Part shown: positions 59,120 to 64,000 of the stretch, one piece after another | Layout of the letters: the number at the start of each line of letters is the position of its first letter | Numbering within the stretch: position 1 is the stretch's first letter | Source of the DNA: Rhizomicrobium sp. | GTDB taxonomy: Bacteria; Pseudomonadota; Alphaproteobacteria; Micropepsales; Micropepsaceae | DNA length: 64,000 nt | Direction: 5' to 3' | Assembly (NCBI GenBank): GCA_035549135.1 | Contig: DASZRM010000093.1 | Span: forward strand, 9,378-73,377 | Translations under genes and position numbers: made by a program | Notes under the pieces: generated by a model | Told to the model about the DNA's origin: nothing | Databases searched by the model: none | The model's input: only the letters and a program-made list of their open reading frames with translations

Positions 59120-60727
<1,608 letters not shown>

Positions 60728-61579
60728 TCAGTTCGCAGCGAGGCGCGACTGGGCGCCGTCGTCGATGGCGGCGAACTTCTTTTTCGCCGCGGCCAGCCAG
60801 TTTGCGTATTCGGCGTCCGTGACCACTTTCACCTCGATGGGCATGAAAGCGTGGCGGGCGCCGCAAAGTTCCGAACACTCGCCGTAGAAGACGCCCGTAC
60901 GCGTCGCCTTGAACCAGGTGCGGTTGATCCGCCCCGGAATGGCGTCCATCTTCACGCCCATCTGAGGCAGCGCCCAGGAATGGATGACGTCCGCGCCCGT
61001 CGTCTCAATTTCGACGACCTTGTCGACCGGGACAACGATGGCGTTATCGACGCCCAGGAGCCGCGGCTCATGGGCCTTGGCCGCATCCGCGTCGGACAGC
61101 CCCAGCGAGTCGAACTGGAAATTCGCGCTCGGGTACTCGTAGCTCCAGAACCACTGCTTGCCGATCGCCTTGATGGTGACGTCAGGCTTGGGAATGTCCG
61201 ATTCGAAGTAGAGGAGCCGGAATGACGGCACCGCGATGATCACCAGGATGATCACCGGGATCACCGTCCAAACCACCTCGAGCAGAGTATTGTGGTGAAT
61301 GCGGCTCGGCGCCGGATTGGCGCGCTGGTTGTAGCGGATCATGACCCACAGAAGCAGCGCCAGCACGAACAGGCAGATCGCGGTGATGATGTAGAGGAGC
61401 ATCGCGTGGAAGCCCTCGATGCGCTCCATCACCGGCGAAGCGGCGGACTGGAAGGCGACGCCCCAATCCGTCGGCAGCGCCAGCGCCGCGGTGCTCTGCG
61501 CCGCCAGGGCCGAGGCGGCGCCAAGGGCGATTTTTCTCCACGACATGAGCCGACCTCGCATGGTTCCACGAGGGAGCAA
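60728..61579 (-). CDS. ctaC: cytochrome c oxidase subunit II
   Basis: Two TMs, then CuA site DVIHSWALPQMGVKMDAIPGR...GVFYGECSELCGARHAFMPI. The track start is TTG 61579 (GGGGAG 7 nt upstream); ATGs at 61561/61546 are alternatives. Confidence 0.92.
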   Translation of the reverse strand: MLPRGTMRGRLMSWRKIALGAASALAAQSTAALALPTDWGVAFQSAASPVMERIEGFHAMLLYIITAICLFVLALLLWVMIRYNQRANPAPSRIHHNTLLEVVWTVIPVIILVIIAVPSFRLLYFESDIPKPDVTIKAIGKQWFWSYEYPSANFQFDSLGLSDADAAKAHEPRLLGVDNAIVVPVDKVVEIETTGADVIHSWALPQMGVKMDAIPGRINRTWFKATRTGVFYGECSELCGARHAFMPIEVKVVTDAEYANWLAAAKKKFAAIDDGAQSRLAAN

Positions 61580-61706
61580 CCGGCCGCTCCCCTTAGATTC
61601 TTGCAGGCGATTTAGAGGGGCGCAGCCCCCAAAGTCATTGCGACCTTATGGCACGGGGCGCGGAAATGACTATATCTGACCGGTCAAGGCCTTAGCCGGA
61701 GTCGCC

Positions 61707-63131
61707 ATGAGCCCCGCCAACGACCTGTTTTTCGCCCGCGCCGGAATGGATCGCCGCCGCGTGCAAGCGAGCGTGGAGGACGCGCTCAGCGGCGCAGACG
61801 ATGGGGAATTGTATCTCGAATATCGCCAGAGCGAGTCGTTCGCGTACGACGACGGACGGCTGAAAGCGGCGAGCTTCGACACCACCCAGGGCTTCGGATT
61901 GCGCGCGGTCGCCGGAGAAGCCACCGGCTTCGCCCATGCTTCGGAAATTTCCGAGGAGGCGATCAGGCGCGCGGTCGAGACGGTTCGCGCGGTCTCCAGG
62001 GGCCATTCCGGCGTTCTCGCCCAAGGGCCGGCCCGCACCAACGCGAAACTCTACGCCGATGTCGATCCGCTCGGGTCGGCCGCCTTCGAGACCAAGGTGA
62101 AGCTGCTCGAGGACATGAACGCTTACGCTCGGAGCAAAGACCCTCGAGTCAAGCAAGTGTCCTGTTCGCTGACCGGACAATGGCAAACCATCGAAATTCT
62201 GCGCTCGGGCGGCGAATCCTATCGCGACGTCCGCCCGCTCGTGCGCATTGGCGTGTCTGTCGTGGTTGAGGAGAACGGACGGCAAGAATCTGGAAGCTAC
62301 GGCGGCGGCGGACGCAGCGGCTATGAAACCTATCTGGCGCCCGAATATTGGCGCGCGGCGGTGGACGAAGCGCTGCGCCAGGCGCTGGTCAATCTGCAGT
62401 CGGTCGCGGCCCCCGCCGGCGAGATGACCGTCGTGCTCGGCCCGGGCTGGCCCGGCATCCTTCTGCACGAGGCGATCGGCCACGGACTTGAAGGCGATTT
62501 CAATCGCAAGAAGACGAGCGCCTTCGCCGGCCTCCTCGGCCAGCGCGTGGCGGCGCCGGGCGTAACGGTGGTCGACGACGGAACGATCGCCGGGCGCCGC
62601 GGCTCGCTCACCATCGACGACGAAGGCACGCCGACCTCACGCACGGTTCTTATCGAGGACGGAATCCTCAAAGGCTACATGCAGGATCGCCAGAACGCGC
62701 GACTGATGGGCGTGGCGCCGACGGGCAACGGCAGACGCGAGTCCTATGCCTCCTCGGTGATGCCAAGAATGACCAACACTTACATGCTCGGGGGCGATAA
62801 GGAGCCTGGCGAGATCATCGAAAGCGTGAAGAACGGGATCTATGCCACCAATTTCGGCGGCGGCCAGGTCGACATCACCAACGGAAAGTTCGTCTTCTCC
62901 TGCACCGAGGCCTATCTCATCGAGAACGGCAGGATCGGCCCGGCGATCAAGGGCGCGACGCTGATCGGAAACGGACCCGACGCGCTCACCCGCGTCGCCA
63001 TGATCGGCAACGACCTCAAGCTCGACACCGGAGTCGGGGTGTGCGGCAAGAACGGCCAATCGGTGCCCGTCGGCGTCGGCCAGCCCACGTTGCGTCTTGA
63101 CGGTCTAACCGTGGGCGGCACCGCGTCTTGA
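61707..63131 (+). CDS. tldD: metalloprotease TldD
   Basis: 474 aa, ...LLHEAIGHGLEGDFNRKKTSAF (HExxxH) ... GNGRRESYASSVMPRMTNTYM ... GICGKNGQSVPVG-like VGVCGKNGQSVPVGVGQPTL. Confidence 0.92.
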   Translation: MSPANDLFFARAGMDRRRVQASVEDALSGADDGELYLEYRQSESFAYDDGRLKAASFDTTQGFGLRAVAGEATGFAHASEISEEAIRRAVETVRAVSRGHSGVLAQGPARTNAKLYADVDPLGSAAFETKVKLLEDMNAYARSKDPRVKQVSCSLTGQWQTIEILRSGGESYRDVRPLVRIGVSVVVEENGRQESGSYGGGGRSGYETYLAPEYWRAAVDEALRQALVNLQSVAAPAGEMTVVLGPGWPGILLHEAIGHGLEGDFNRKKTSAFAGLLGQRVAAPGVTVVDDGTIAGRRGSLTIDDEGTPTSRTVLIEDGILKGYMQDRQNARLMGVAPTGNGRRESYASSVMPRMTNTYMLGGDKEPGEIIESVKNGIYATNFGGGQVDITNGKFVFSCTEAYLIENGRIGPAIKGATLIGNGPDALTRVAMIGNDLKLDTGVGVCGKNGQSVPVGVGQPTLRLDGLTVGGTAS

Positions 63132-63232
63132 TACCCCGACGCCATGCGCGCTGTCGCAAACCGTAAATCCAAGCTCGACATAATCGTCGCAGCGAACAAT
63201 CTTGTCTTCAACGCAATTTGACGGAGCCTGCC

Positions 63233-64000
63233 ATGCGCGACCTTACGGGCGCAAAGCGCGAACTGGGCGACGGATTTACCGTCGCGCGCGTCCTGCCGCA
63301 TCCCCATCAGCGCACAGTGGGGCCGTTCGTGTTCTTCGATTATTTCGGTCCGGTCGATTTCAAGCCAGGCCACGGCGTCGACGTGCGCCCGCATCCCCAT
63401 ATCGGGCTGGCCACTGTCACTTATTTGTTCGAGGGCTCACAGGTGCATCGCGACAGCCTCGGCAACGAGCAGGAAATCGTTCCGGGTGACGTGAATTGGA
63501 TGACGGCTGGGCGCGGCATCGTCCATTCCGAGCGCACAGGGCCCGAGGTCCGCGCCCGCGGCCATCGCATGCACGGCATCCAAAGCTGGGTCGGCCTTCC
63601 GCGCGCCCATGAGGAAGACGAACCGGGATTCGAGCATGTCGCAAACCGCGATCTGCCGATGCGGGAAATGGAAGGCGTCGCGCTGCGTATCGTCGCAGGC
63701 AGGGCCTATGGACTTGCCTCGCCCGTGCGCGCGCCCATGCCAATCTTCTATGTCGACGCCCAGATTAAAGCGGGGGCGGCGCTTGCGCTGCCGGAAGATT
63801 ATGAGGAACGCGGCGCCATGGTGGTGGCGGGAATTGTCGAAGCAGGCGGGGCGCGCCACGACGACGGAGCCATGATCCTCTTCGACCGCAGCGAGCGCGC
63901 CCAAATACGCGCCGCGACGGATGCGCGCGTCATGCTGCTCGGCGGGGCGCCGCTCGACGGTCCGCGCCATGTCTGGTGGAACTTTGTTTCCAGCTCGCGC
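63233..64000 (+). CDS. pirin-family protein (first 256 codons; runs off the right window edge)
   Basis: Hand translation from ATG 63233 (ACGGAG upstream): MRDLTGAKRELGDGFTVARVLPHPHQRTVGPFVFFDYFGPVDF...VRPHPHIGLATVTYLFEG...VNWMTAGRGIVHSER, open in frame to 64000. Absent from the ORF track. Confidence 0.85.
   Translation, partial: MRDLTGAKRELGDGFTVARVLPHPHQRTVGPFVFFDYFGPVDFKPGHGVDVRPHPHIGLATVTYLFEGSQVHRDSLGNEQEIVPGDVNWMTAGRGIVHSERTGPEVRARGHRMHGIQSWVGLPRAHEEDEPGFEHVANRDLPMREMEGVALRIVAGRAYGLASPVRAPMPIFYVDAQIKAGAALALPEDYEERGAMVVAGIVEAGGARHDDGAMILFDRSERAQIRAATDARVMLLGGAPLDGPRHVWWNFVSSSR

Overview
High-GC chromosomal core segment whose gene content and synteny look alphaproteobacterial (Hyphomicrobiales/Rhizobiales-like). 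All protein calls rest on motifs I recognise in the translations; no database search was run. I support about 58 protein genes.

Gene content:
- Fe-S assembly: Rrf2 regulator, cysteine desulfurase, sufB.
- Peptidoglycan and envelope: anmK, an AsmA-like giant protein, an M23 peptidase plus bactofilin pair, PBP1A, an AmiC-type amidase, M48/TPR protease, DsbA, mlaD.
- Translation and RNA: tyrS, argS, prfB, rne, rnhA.
- Metabolism: thiS-thiG fusion, aroQ-accB-accC, nrdJ, gcvT-H-PA-PB, ispH.
- Respiration: an aa3-type cytochrome oxidase cluster (ctaC-D-B-E, DUF983, SURF1).
- Other: a 7TM GGDEF-EAL sensor, tldD and pirin.
- Two edge-truncated genes missing from the ORF track, found by hand translation: sufB (1-978, minus) and pirin (63233-64000, plus).

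Cis-elements seen directly:
- the classic prfB +1 frameshift site;
- a TPP riboswitch upstream of thiSG;
- a tandem glycine riboswitch upstream of gcvT.

I saw no rRNA, tRNA, CRISPR, IS/transposon, prophage or recognisable defence genes. I do not see a convincing novel multi-gene system.

Best leads, all modest:
1. An orphan plus-strand intrinsic terminator with no upstream CDS (candidate sRNA), followed by a near-consensus EcfG stress promoter in front of a YciI-family gene.
2. An isolated TadE/TadG-like pseudopilin pair with no other tad genes nearby.
3. A Cys-rich membrane protein of unknown function inserted between accC and aat.
4. A translationally coupled M23-peptidase/bactofilin module.

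Many long ORFs in the track are antisense or out-of-frame artefacts typical of high-GC DNA and are listed as rejected.
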